Shown: positions 1-12,270 of the stretch, one piece after another
How the letters are laid out: each line of letters begins with the position of its first letter
Position numbering within the stretch: the stretch's first letter is position 1
Assembly (NCBI RefSeq): GCF_036588685.1
Contig: NC_086373.1
Span: forward strand, 28,892,001-28,956,000
DNA: 64,000 bases
DNA from: Mytilus trossulus
Taxonomy: Eukaryota
Reading direction: 5' to 3'
Program-made: the position numbers and the translations under genes
Notes under the pieces: model-generated
The model's input: only the letters and a program-made list of their open reading frames with translations
Database searches by the model: none
What the model was told of the DNA's origin: nothing

Positions 1-1734
1 AGTTGTTTAAAATATAATGTATTTCTCCTCTTTTTGAGTAAAAAATTCTAAGTTGTCAAAGTTTTTGTATAGTTGCACTGTACAAATCCTTATCTATTTT
101 CTTTTCTACAACAGACTGAAGAGTAAACATGGTAAAATGACCCTTCAAGGCCCTTGTCTGATGAAGGGTTGGTCCCAACCTGAAAATAACAAACATAGGT
201 CAAAGTACGGCCTTTTACACAGTGCTTTGATCAAGACCAACCAGCAAGCTATAAGGGACCACAACTTAGTATTGTACACAATTCGACAAGGAATACCAAC
301 GATCTAAATTATATTTCCAAACGGGAAAATACCAATGAACCACATCAACAAACGATAACTGCTGAACGACGGGTCTCTGAATCAACCAGGACAGGTGCAC
401 AAACCTGCAGCGGGTATGACCGTCACCATACATTATAATTGCAGTTGAAGGCAAATCCTTCAGAAGTTCTTTGTACTTTATTTTAACAACGAACATTTTT
501 TTACAGGGAATATAAGTTAGGGGGAAAGAAATTAACGTTTTGTTCTGTACTGGTATTTCTATTTATATCGGAGCACTCCCGCTTGGAATAAATTGGTTTC
601 ATGCTGAAACAAATACTCTCGCAGATATTTACAGTGTTGTGGGGTGCTGATAGGGTTAAAATCGTTATATAAAGGCTAGACTAATGTTAAATAACAAATG
701 TTTAGATCTTAATATAATATTTACAAAAAAAAAGGTGCGGGAAATAGACATGATTTCATTTCCGGATGCGGGAAGCGGGAACATAATAAAAATTAAAAAA
801 AATCTGTTTTGAAAAAAATAGGTGCGGGCGGGTCCGTCGAACAAGGAATCAAATTGGTGTGGCCTAAGCACTTGTTTTTGTTAAATGGAATTAGCACTGC
901 CAGTATTTTTTCGGAATTTTCTGGATGTGTTCCAATGTGGTTTGAAATTAGTCTTTTCGAAAAACTTACCAAAAATAAAAGCACCTCAAAAGTTATTAAA
1001 CCTTAGCATCTGTACTTATTCAAGCACACAGACACAACTATTGATTCAGATTGTTATTCTTATTTATATAATTTACGAAATGCATATAAAATTCATTGTG
1101 AAAAACACAGCATTCCATATGACAGGGGAAAATAGAAAAACGGAGTGTTACATGAATTATTGAGGTGAAAATTGTATAGTAATACTGCGATGTTATGAGT
1201 ATTACAAAAAGGCTTGTAAAAGTTAATTTGAATGCTCTATCAAACTTTTATATATCAAAACTTCTCACTAATGTTTGAGAAAATTTCCTATTAGTGATAT
1301 ATTTGTAAGAAATGTAATATACTTTGACAGACGATAAGTTTGAAAAAATGTTACATACATTTGAAAATCGTCCAATTCAATCAATTTATATATTCTTCTG
1401 AGTTTGATGTCAAATAAATACTGATACATCACTCTGTCATCTGATACCAATGTTGATATCTTCATTCGGGAATTTATTATCAGCGTTCCCGTGTTTAAAA
1501 ATGAAAAAGAAAAAAATCCGAAAGTCATACTTTAACGCGATTTTACAAAAAAAACTGCACCGTGGGTAAACTCTACGACAGGGCCAAAATGAAAGTATAA
1601 TGTTTACTCTATCTTCATGTGGATTTTCAGCCGTGAGATATTTCGGTCCATTAAACTTTTTAAATAAGCGACTTTTTCACTCCACTACAGACGATAGTGT
1701 ATTTATATAACAGTGTCATTGTACTTTTTAACAG

Positions 1735-1886
1735 GTATACTGAACAGCAAATAAAGACCACCAACGCCGTTTATGCTATGACTCTAGATTGGCCAGAAAA
1801 ATATTTATATCTGCAGTCTCCAATTCCAGTCAAGGACAAGACATTTGTATATCTCCTTGGAACAGAAGGTCAACTTGGGTGGACAG
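1735..1886 (+). CDS. FUCA: Alpha-L-fucosidase (GH29) terminal exon, 5' part, interrupted by a transposon
   Basis: Acceptor ...tttttaacAG ends at 1734. Translation YTEQQIKTTNAVYAMTLDWPEKYLYLQSPIPVKDKTFVYLLGTEGQLGWT resembles the FUCA1/2 C-terminal domain (VYA..L.WP, LLG...L.W). It resumes in frame at 9227 once the insert and one TSD copy are removed. Confidence 0.85.
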
Positions 1887-2051
1887 CAATCTAATTGAAA
1901 TGTTGATCTCTGATTACGTTATACTGCATATGAGATCTAACAACTATCAATATGTAGTTTCGCTTTTGTAACCTTTTTTTGACCCTAGAAAGTATTTATA
2001 TTGACCAATCAAAATCGTCCTAATTAAAGGGCTTCAAAAGAATGTTTGAAG

Positions 2052-2216
2052 ATGGCGACGAAGGATGAAAGAGGATTTGGAAAACGAATAAACAGATATT
2101 TTGCCTCATCACAAAGTTTAATGGCTAAATTGTGAGCAAAGTCAAAGTTTGCATGTATTTTGAAGCACAGAGATTGTATAGTCATGCTTCCTACGGGCAA
2201 CGGAAAGAGTTTTTAA
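2052..2216 (+). pseudogene. RecQ-like SF2 helicase N-terminal relic (motif I) of the AcademH-like element
   Basis: RDCIVMLPTGNGKSF* at 2169-2216 is a RecQ-type Walker A motif (..LPTG.GKS). Upstream ATG at 2052; the frame is broken. Confidence 0.65.
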
Positions 2217-2349
2217 GTAAAATTTCACAGGCACTTGTTTCTATCCATAATGGAAGAACCACTATCAACGTATATTTACGAGATAATTTTCTTACTTAAT
2301 TTAACATTTTAAAAGTCACTTGAAACTGGAGATACACCTTTAATTTTCA

Positions 2350-3210
2350 GGAGTGGAAACATGCTAATGTAACCCCAGACTTCAAAATGGTGGAAAAATA
2401 CAAACCTGTAAACTACAGGCCAATATCTTTAACCTGCATACGTTGCAAGCTCATGGAGCATCCCAGACAAAGGTACAAGCCCCCACCCATTAAAATGCCA
2501 AAAATAACAATCACTGAAGCAGGTATTACTAAATTACATGCCAACATGATAATGTAGCCCCAGCTTTCAAAAAGGGGGGAAAATACAAACCCGTAAACTA
2601 CAGGCCAATATCTTTAACCTGCATATGTTGCAAGCTAATGGAACATATATTTATCAGAGGGGGGGCAGGGGGCCGGGCGCCCCCCTTTTGGGGAAAAAAT
2701 TTGGTTGCATATATAGGGATCACTGGAGCGGGCCCCCTCTTAGGTCAGTCAGTGGGCCACCACTAATGAAAATTTCTAGATCTGCCACTAATTATTACAA
2801 GTAACATCATGTCTCACCTTGAAAAACATCACATATTATATGATCTTCAGTCTGGCTTGAAAAAATCAAGGTCATGTGAAACACAATTAATAGACTTCAT
2901 TCACAAACTAGCACGATCAAAATCAAATAATAGTAACACACAAATTGACTTAATCATAATGGACTTCGCTAAAGCGTTCGACAAAGTTTCACATCGTCAC
3001 CTCCTTTACAAACTCAAATTCTATGGTATTGAAAATAACACACTTAATTGGATTCAGGTATTTTTATAGGACAGAATACAAACAGTAGTCATTAATGGCA
3101 TTTTCTTCACCTCTGTACCAGTAACATTTGGTGAACCACAAGGAACAGTATTGGGCCCAATACTGTTTTTTATCTTTATAAATGACTTACCGGAATATCT
3201 AGAACACAGT
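2350..3210 (+). pseudogene. CR1/L2-type LINE reverse transcriptase fragment nested in the AcademH-like element
   Basis: KYKPVNYRPISLTC (present twice, ~2395 and ~2581), RSCETQL, DFAKAFDKVSH, GEPQGTVLGPILF, INDLP. Stops and an insertion are present. Confidence 0.9.
2657..2790. mobile_element. Short GC-rich MITE-like insertion splitting the LINE RT
   Basis: GC-rich block (GGGGGCCGGGCGCCCCC...GATCTGCCACT) lies between LMEHI and ITSNIMSHL of the RT frame. Confidence 0.55.
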
Positions 3211-4242
3211 ACACAGGCACATACACAAATTATGTGTCGGGGTTAAACATGTTAGCTGGATCCCAACCCTCTCCTTAACCTGGGACAGTGGTATAACAGT
3301 CATGTGACAGTACAACATAAGATCAATCTATATAAATCAGTTGAAAAAGGCTTAACTCATCAGATAGATAAAAAATACAAGTAGAACAAGTAAAAATAGC
3401 TTAGTAACTAAATTCAGGTTTGTGTGCAGGTCCTGCTGACTTACCTATGGGGAGGGGGCTCCAGACATGCTCAGTGATTCGCTATTAAAATATGATTGCC
3501 AATGAGACAACTCTCCACAAGAGCAAAAATTACATAGAAGTTAAAATCTCTCTCAATTCATATGTGTACATTGTAACTATATATACACTCCATTCTGAAA
3601 ACTCAAATCAAGACTAAGGTTGGTAAATTTAACAAAGGTGGATGCAGAGAAGTTAAGAAAGGGGAATGATAAACACTGTTGTGTCAGTGCGCCATTAATG
3701 GCTTGTTATTGCACATATACTTGTACATCATGTACATGTAAACTTACAAATTTTATTTATTTTGGAAAAGGTTGAGTTGTCATGTTCCCATAAACAGCTT
3801 ATTGTACAACTTGTTTTGGAAATTTTTGCCTGTCATACATGTACATAGTCGATATATAAATTACAAATTTTGGGATGATTATCAGCTTTTCAACAAATTA
3901 TTTTTGGACATTTACATATTAAAATGTAACACAATTATATGGGATTAATGAAGACCAATTATAAAACTCTTTAATTTCAGGTTAGTGTCTGATCAAACAG
4001 TAGTTTGGACTCCAATCTGAAAAACCCTAGATTCTGACAATGTTTCTTTCAATTTGTGACTGGGCCAAACAAATAACACGGTGGAGGGAACTCTTAAAAC
4101 ACACAGACAGTGACACAGAAAAAGCCACTACAAGCATCTGAAGATGAATCTGAGAATGGCACTACAGATATAGGTTGTGAACCAGCTCTAGAGTTTCAAC
4201 ATACAGATCTTAGCCTATGGTACATGTATTGTATGTATAATT

Positions 4243-4865
4243 AAGAAATAATTCATGGGGGCTTGAATATATCGTGATTTTACCACGGGTTGGCCCTTTA
4301 TGACAAATATTTTACCCTGAGCGATAGCGAGGGGTAAAATATCGGCATAAAGGGACAACCCGTGGTAAAATCTAGATATATTCAAGCCCCCATGAATTAT
4401 TTTGATTCTAATAGGACAAATACGGCAATTATTTTGGATCGAAGCGCTCTAGGTGATGGCATTATTTGCCGTTCCAATATATAAACGCACTATTAAATTG
4501 ACGTAAAATAACGGAGCAAACTGAATAAATGATGATGCTTAAACTATTTATAATAACATATTTAGATAATTTTAGATGAATCTAATTATTATTGTACTTA
4601 TATGTCTCATATATATACAAAAACGGCTAATATAACTCATTCTAGCATCATTTATTAACGTTTCCTTGTTGTGATGATTTTCCGTTTCACAAGCATGTAT
4701 TTTCCCGTAAATTGCTTATATTCTGACGTCATTGCTCTATGACGTCGAGTCGCTCATTCATTAAAAAACATATGACGTGGGGGTACAATGGGAACAGCCC
4801 ATGAAATATATTCATATTTTACCACGGGTGTGTACTCAAAGCGTTTGAAGGACGTCATGTTAGAA
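4243..4865. mobile_element. Non-autonomous element with a terminal ~157-bp imperfect hairpin (Crypton-like architecture)
   Basis: Palindrome 4246-4402 centred on CCCTGAGCGATAGCGAGGGG, with a partial internal copy at ~4797-4828. No TSD found. Family assignment is inference. Confidence 0.55.
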
Positions 4866-5989
4866 TGTATGATATAATACTTTAAATTTATGATCATGAT
4901 GATAAAGACAAAAAAAGTATCTGGATAGACTTTTAGTTTATTGTCTATTTATTTCATTTATATCTTAAGTTTGTTCTCAAATACATTTTTGATATATATA
5001 TACCAAAAATTATGTATCACAATATCAACTGTCAATTTCATTAATGATTGAATGAATTAAATTTTCTGTCTTTTTTTGTTTTACAGAATTGTGTCATAAA
5101 TTATTATAACATGAATTGATGTGCTGAAAACATGGAAAATAAACTTGACCATAAATCATTCTCAAGATGGTTATTCAGTTGTCAAACTGCTTCTTAATAA
5201 ACAGTTTGCAATTGTAATTAATTATTTTGAATGAGTTAATTTACATCATGTACTGCTGCTGAAAGTTGCTGGATCGTCATAGTCCTGAAGTATGGAAATG
5301 GAATAAAAATGTTATATTGCAGCTGGTCTGTTTTAGTCTTCAATAGGATCATGGTATGTTATATAAAAAAGAAGATGTGGTATGATTGCCAATGAGACAA
5401 CTCTCCACAAGAGACCAAAATGACACAGAAATTAACAAATTATGACTATAGGACTAAGGTCACAGTACCGCCTTCAACAATGAGCAAAGCCCATGTATAC
5501 ATGGTATATATATATATAATACTTTCCAATATTATGATATCTAAAGAATGTTCCTAAACATGTAATTATTTTTTTTAAGTCATTTGTAATTACACAATGT
5601 TACATGGCCATACATAACAAAATTTCCAATCATACATGGGGATTTACTACATTGAAGAATAGGTCCATCCAATGAAATGATCTGAAAAATAATTACTGTT
5701 ATACTTTCATACATTTGACGTGAAACTGTACTTATGTATCCCGTCATACTTTGAACCACAGAATTATTTTATCTATTATTATTACTTCTACTGTTAAGTA
5801 TGTTTTTTGTTATATCTACTTTACGTGACTCTGCATTTATGTATGCCGTCAATTGAACGACAAAATTATTTTTATGATTACCTGTGTGAATTTCAAGCGC
5901 ACAATTTTACACCAGAACTGAAAACCTTCTATCCTTCACGGGTAGACTTTACATAGATAAATTAAGTCGTATAAGAAAAGCAATATGAG

Positions 5990-6365
5990 TATGTTAAATT
6001 TGATGTATGCCTTTTTGTGCTTCTTCGTTACATTTGTTGTTTTTTACTATAGTGATATTAAGATGATAACACAATATTGACTGTTGTACCCCTATTTTTG
6101 ACATTTTTACTCTTTGAGTATGTTTGTTTTGTTCATGCATTGTTGACAATGTAATGGAATTTAATGCGATTGTCATACAAGTGAGAGGTTTAGCTAGCTA
6201 TAGAACCAGGTTCAATCCACCATTTTCTACATTAGAAAATGCCTGTACCAAGTCAGGAATATGACAGTTGTTATCCATTTGTTTGATGTGTTTGGACTTT
6301 TGATTTTTGATTTTCCTTTTTGAATTTTCCTCGGAGTTCAGTATTTTTGTGTTTTTACTTTTTTT
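5990..6365 (+). mobile_element. SINE-like repeat with Meta-like core
   Basis: Contains ...GCCTGTACCAAGTCAGGA..., a variant of the core shared by several dispersed copies in this window. Confidence 0.45.
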
Positions 6366-9226
6366 CATACATCATTAATTACAAGGAGAAAGTACCTATG
6401 CTTATATATTCCAGACCATATAAGTATTTGGATTGTACATGTACAGTCCAGTACGAGTATACTCATATGATCTAGTACGAGCTTGACCGTACATGTATTT
6501 GGAACATATGGGTTTATTTTAGACACATATTCATCAAAATACTTTTATTGAGTATTTCTTATTAATATAAGACAGTTAAAGGAATAAAGAGGAAAACATT
6601 ACATCAATTGAAATTGAATAATTCTGTATTTAATTGTCTGTTTCAATCTTATTTTAGCATTCTCGTCCCTGGTGACACTTGCTGACAGAAGGAAAATCAT
6701 ATTTCTTAGATTTACATGTTTTGTTCATGCCTGTTCCTTTGCATTTGCACCCATGCTTGTTTTGCAGCAGCATGCAATGAAATTCCTTTTGTTTTACAAA
6801 TTACATTTTCAATTTTGTATGTCAAAAGTTCTATTGCACTCATAACCTGACAATATGCCAAATAATAGTTTGTATAAAATTGCATCCTTAATAATAATAT
6901 CAGCAACCCTACATCCAGAGTTACTCTTCTCACAATAACAAATATAAAAAAGAAGATGTGGTACGATTGCCAATGAGACGACTATCTACAAAAACTTTTT
7001 CATTCTTGGCCTACTTTTTAACACTATTTTATTATAGTTTTTAGTTTTTTTGGAACAGATTTTTATATAATTTATGTCCATTTTCTTCCGTGATATACTG
7101 TACAGGAGATTAACTTTTAAATAACATTAATTTTTTGTTTCAATTACAATTGAACTTTTTATATTAATTTAAGATTTCGGTTATGTTGAACTGTGATGTT
7201 TATACTTTTAATGATATACATGTATATGTATCGAATAAACTTGACCAACGTCTTATAATCTGGCAGACTGTAAGTGTACATTCAGACCATATGCATATTT
7301 TGAAAAAGTATTCAAATATGGATCGGACCTAACTCTTTATTATTATTTAAATGATATATATGTAAGAGTGGGAAATTTAGATATTTGTGCAACTGATTAG
7401 TGGATAAGGTACATCCTACATTTGATTTGCAAGAATTTGGATTGATCGTTTGTCAACAACAATTCATAGTAATGAGGGAATTTTTTTTTTATTTCATTTG
7501 ACTTTTTAATATTTTTTGTTGTTGTTATTTGTTTGAATCCTATTAAGTATCCTGAATTTTGGTCATTGCTTTATATATGGTATAGAGGCATTTACCACAT
7601 GCACATCTAGGTTGCCCAAATTTCAAAAGTGTCATAGGTTTGATATATTGGTTTTGAGACGGAACTTTTTGCAGGTAGGGGTGTGTGTCACCGGATACAT
7701 GTATCAATTTTGTTTCATTATTGAACATATTGTTTTATTTGTGTTATCAGTGTTATATGTTTCACATTCATATCATATTCATGTTTCTTGACGATTGATG
7801 ACAAATAGTTTTGCGCTGCATATTTTGAAACAATTTATTGCTTTGTACATTTTGTTTGGTTTTACGTACTGAATATTTAAATTAGTACAATAGAAAATTA
7901 AAGCAATTCTTTATTATTTAAATTTTATTTATATATATTCAAATGGCATGAGTTGTGCATGAACTCAAAGCGCATCAAAATTAACCATATATACATGTAC
8001 ACTAATATAAGCACTTTTCGAGATAGTCACTGGTCCATATTATACACTCAGGAAGGTGGAAGACGAAAGTCACCGCTTCAGGTACAAAATGTACTTGTAA
8101 CTTTATATATTCTTTTAGCCTTGTTTAAAATGTTTCAATTAAAGTAAAGTTACTTTAGGTTTTTCAAATATATAGAATTCAGTGTGGCTTGAAAGCCACA
8201 TTTTGGTATGCAAGTTAATGACAGAATAGAGCTCTGTTGCATGCAAATATTTTAGTCAAATATATTGTTCATATTTATTGGAACACAATTGTAAACTTAG
8301 TTTACAATTTTTATACTTTCAGATTAATATAATAGGGTATCTTAAAATTGGACAACTCGGTTAATGCAGAAAATGGCCCACACTTATCACCACGCCTAAA
8401 GTCTTTGTGCTTTATGGTGTCTTAATCTTCACCCTAGTCTGTGATATTGGTGTCCCATTTTTCCTGCAACAATAATTTGCCCTTAAGAAACTCCAATCTC
8501 CACCACAAAACATATGCATCAATTGAACTGCCCATCTTAATTCTATACTATAATAAATGCCACACTGAGCAAACACTGAACAGTTGATACTGCCTGATTT
8601 TGGATTCAAGCAAATGTTGTCATAGTTCTTGAAAAAAAAACAAATATAAACCCCTTAAAGAAATTGGAGAGAAAAAACACCACCCCCTTGGAATAATTTC
8701 CTCCAAAATCAATGCCTGCCTTTCATTTGTAGTATGGAACCATGTTTGTTTTCGGGGTTCATAAACTCGGTAAATTGTAACAAAACCCTGCGATTGAAAG
8801 TTGGCCACGGGTTCGTTTTATCGAGAAAAAAAAAGGGGGGGACTGAGCGGAACAAATTAAGATTATTCATGTCTGTTTAAGCTTCCCACTTAGAGAAACA
8901 TCTCAATTGAATGTTATTTTGTAATGTTAATTCGATGTCAATGTCTACAAAACTGCTTTATTTATCGACTTTGTTTTTGAAGCGAGTAACAAACTGTCGG
9001 GCTTTATCTTTCGATGTTCTCTGGACATATCCTCATGATATAGATAAGCCATATTATACATTTAGGTATCGAATGGACTGCAAAGATTTGTTAAGATTGA
9101 TTCTAATTGGTTTAAAAAGTCACGTGTGAAATCCTCAGAAGTGAAACTACATATTGATAGTTGTTAGATCTCATATGCAGTATAACGTAATCAGAGATCA
9201 ACATTTCAATTAGATTGGGTGGACAG

Positions 9227-9333
9227 CCTCGCCACAAGGAGGAATCAATATAACTATTCCGTATATACCGTATTCCAAAATGCCATGTCGTTGGGCATGG
9301 GTGTTTAGATTAGAAGGTTTGCAAAACGGTTGA
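9227..9333 (+). CDS. FUCA: Alpha-L-fucosidase terminal exon, 3' part, to stop codon
   Basis: In-frame continuation (A)SPQGGINITIPYIPYSKMPCRWAWVFRLEGLQNG*. The MPC.WAW..L motif is typical of the metazoan fucosidase C-terminus. Confidence 0.85.
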
Positions 9334-9931
9334 TAGTGTACATGTCTTTGAAAAGTAATCTATTTTTTTAAGTTATCGACCAACTGATTCATTCTTAACT
9401 AGTTATATATTTATATTGTATATTTCACTAATGAGTATATGTTTACAATGTCAGCTAATGCTTTTTATACAAAAAAATTCAATTTATTACATTTAGACAA
9501 TGCTTTTAACTCTCAAATGTGTTTAAGCAATGATAAAAACAAACTAGATATGACATTAGAAAAGAGTTACAAGTACTATTCCAACGTACAAGCTCGTTAG
9601 ATTTTTGTTCTCATTTCTGGCTTATTCAATATGACTTATTTTTTGTTTCTTTTTTTGTTATAAATCAGGCTGTTGTATTTTTCGTTTGAATTTTATCATA
9701 TTGGTTTTTTTTTTCAGAGTTGACTTTACGGTATGGATTTGCTCATTAGTTACCTATAGTTGCTTTAATTTCCGTCATTTTGAACTTTAATGGATGGATA
9801 TTTCTCTTATCGGAAATCTTCTTATATATTCCTATTAAATGTTAAATACGTAAGAAGACTCGTAAAAATATAACTTACACGTAAGACAAATCTAAATTTT
9901 CTTATCTACAATAAATATATATGCTTTTCCT

Positions 9932-10057
9932 TAGTCCAAATAATTATGACGTCTTGAAAGGCTATTATATTTTTTTTCTTTGACGCCTTACATCGATGTA
10001 AGGCGTCAAAGAAAAAAATTATAATAGCCTTTCAAGACGTCATAATTATTTGGACTA
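9932..10057. mobile_element. 126-bp almost perfectly palindromic MITE, Academ-type termini
   Basis: TAGTCCAAATAATTATGACG...CGTCATAATTATTTGGACTA, with 9-bp TSD GCTTTTCCT at 9923-9931 and 10058-10066. Confidence 0.85.
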
Positions 10058-10152
10058 GCTTTTCCTAAGATAAAACAGGTCACTGAATACCACAATATTT
10101 ACCAAAAGTAGAGATTAAAACTAGTCTGAAATGCCCAAGAAAATTTTGTTTA

Positions 10153-10380
10153 GGGACGGCATCAAAAGTTCAATGTAGGATAATAAAACTTAATTCACAT
10201 ATTTTTTTCACTGACACCCACATCCCCCCATTTAACTTAAATTGGGAAAAATTGATTTACCAATAGGGATATATGTAAAAATCGATTTTAGATATACAAA
10301 GCTTGCAAAATTCCCCCCCCCCCCCCAAACCTTTTGATTTAAGTTTTTTTTATCCTACATCGATCTTTTGATGTCGTCCC
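10153..10380. mobile_element. PIF/Harbinger-type MITE
   Basis: TIRs GGGACGGCATCAAAAG and CTTTTGATGTCGTCCC, with TTA on both flanks. Confidence 0.75.
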
Positions 10381-10839
10381 TTATTGAACTTCTAAAATTG
10401 TTTTTTTTTTATCTTCTTTACATTGTTGTCTGAGAAGTCAACTACCGTTATAGACTTTTAAAATTAACTGAAGATTGACAGCTTTTGAGTCTTAGGAACA
10501 TGAACGTACCGAACAATGAGCCGCTGCACAGTAATTCCGTACTTAGATTAAATAAATGTCTGATGATGTATTAACAACTTTTATATATATCTAAAATGCG
10601 TATTTTCATTGTAACAATAAAGAATTAAAAGAGGAGCGAAAGAATAAAGATCTTCTTCAATTTAGTTCCGCAAAATAATGACGTGTATTACTAGTAATTC
10701 ATTCCTCGCCAACAAAATACATATCAATGGCACTGAAAAATCAGCTGGTCGAAAAGATGACTGAAAATTTCTACCCTCTACAATACCAATCACTTGACAA
10801 AAATTAATTTAAAACAATAGTCAAATATGCGATAAAATA

Positions 10840-11490
10840 AAATTAAGAATGGAAATAGGGAATGTGTCAAAGAGACAACAACCTAACCACAGGGCAGACA
10901 ACAGCCGAAGAACATCAATGGGTCTTCAATGCAGCCAGCAACTCCCGTTCCCGGATGAGTCCTTCTGCATTAAATATGTTACTAGTTCAGTGATAATGGA
11001 CGTCATACTAAACTCCGAATTATACACAAGAAACTCAAGTTAAAAATCATACAAGACTAACAAAGGCCAGAAACTCCTTACTTGGGACAGGCGCAAAAAT
11101 GCGGCGGGGTTAAACATGTTTTTTGAGATATCAACCCTCCCCCTATACCTCTATTCAATGTAAAAAAAAACGCACAACAATACGCATAGTAAAACTCAGT
11201 TAAAGAGAAGTCCGAGTTCAATATCAGAATAGGTAACAAAAGAAACTAAACAAAATGACAATAAAACATACATTAACAACTACTAGCAGTTACTGAAATG
11301 CCAGCTCCAGACCTCAATTAAACTGATTGAAAGATCATGGTTTCATCATATGAATATCAAGCACAATTCCTCCCGGCTCCCGTTAGGGGTTTAGTATTAT
11401 ACCATCATAAAATATATAAGAAGAAAATAACCCGTGTCATGCCAACAACTGGTTTTAGAATAAATATGTTTAATTCCGATGCAAGAAACT
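10840..11490 (-). mobile_element. Meta-core SINE-like repeat
   Basis: Reverse strand reads TTTAACCCCGCCGCATTTTTGCGCCTGTCCCAAGT, resembling the MetaSINE core. Related copies at ~3210-3350(-), 24090-24400(-), 51510-51790(+) and 52760-53690(+). Confidence 0.55.
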
Positions 11491-11494
11491 CACA

Positions 11495-11985
11495 AGTAAA
11501 CAACAAAGTGACAACACCAAAGCAAAACAAACACGACGAAACGATAAACCACATAATACCATACACAATATAGAAAACTAAAAAATGAGCAAAAACCGGG
11601 GTTGACCTCAGGTGCTCTGGAAGGGCAAGCAGATCCTGTTGACATCTGTTGTGTTGCAAAGTAAGTACACACCTGTGGTAAGTCTTAGAACGTCACATTC
11701 GAGCAAAAAAGGACGGGATTGTGGTAACAACATTTCAAACACATCCATCGTCATCTGTGAAAAAAATATATCCATTCTTGCGATGGCGTCCGTAAAATTA
11801 TCGAAAGAAGAATTTCAACTTCACCACTTGAAACTCTTGTTCAAAGAACTTCCTTACAAACTGCAACCCTTTATCAAGGAATTCAATATAGGAAATGCAA
11901 CTCTTAAACATGGTACATGTATTAACTTGGACACATACTCCATATACAGGTGCTGCTGGAATGTTGCTACATAGAAATAGAAAGA
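11495..11985 (-). mobile_element. Penelope-like retroelement 3' fragment (RT C-terminus plus tail)
   Basis: FLCSNIPAAPVYGV...SCISYIEFLDKGLQ...QEFQVVKLK. Same family as 62566-63080. Confidence 0.65.
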
Positions 11986-11999
11986 TCATGCATGCACAT

Positions 12000-12270
12000 G
12001 TCACCGGGGAAATAAGGGTGACTTGTGGGGTCGTGCAACAAGAGCCTGAATGAATGGCCTCTTGTTACTGAAATTGTGTGATGCACCTGATCACACAACG
12101 AATGATTGCTCTGAATAGCAATGAGAACTCTGACACTGAAACTCTGGTGAAAACTAACTCTTGAGACTTTGGAACTAGCGAATGAATAAACCAATAATTC
12201 AGCATGGAATACTTTTACTTTTATTACAGATGGACTGTGTTCAGTGTAAAGTCCTGAGTCCAAATCTTGC
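12000..12270 (-). pseudogene. Possible LTR-retrotransposon aspartic protease relic
   Basis: Restoring one base gives ...SVRVLIAIQSNHSLCDSGASHNF, a D-S-G-A protease motif. No other domain confirmed. Confidence 0.35.

Larger units (their letters stand above)
1887..9217. mobile_element. 7.3-kb TIR DNA transposon, AcademH-like, internally decayed
   Basis: Perfect 75-bp TIRs (1887-1961 and 9144-9217, CAATCTAATTGAAATG...). 9-bp TSD GGTGGACAG at 1878-1886 and 9218-9226. RecQ-type helicase motif I lies just inside the left TIR. A 9-bp TSD plus SF2 helicase matches AcademH. Confidence 0.8.

Noticed and set aside
3980-9100. Exon-like segments inside the AcademH-like element (3980-4219, 5088-5353, and minus-strand pieces at 6.7-9.1 kb)
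   Set aside because: Plausibly helicase or transposase relics, but too degraded to assign motifs by eye.
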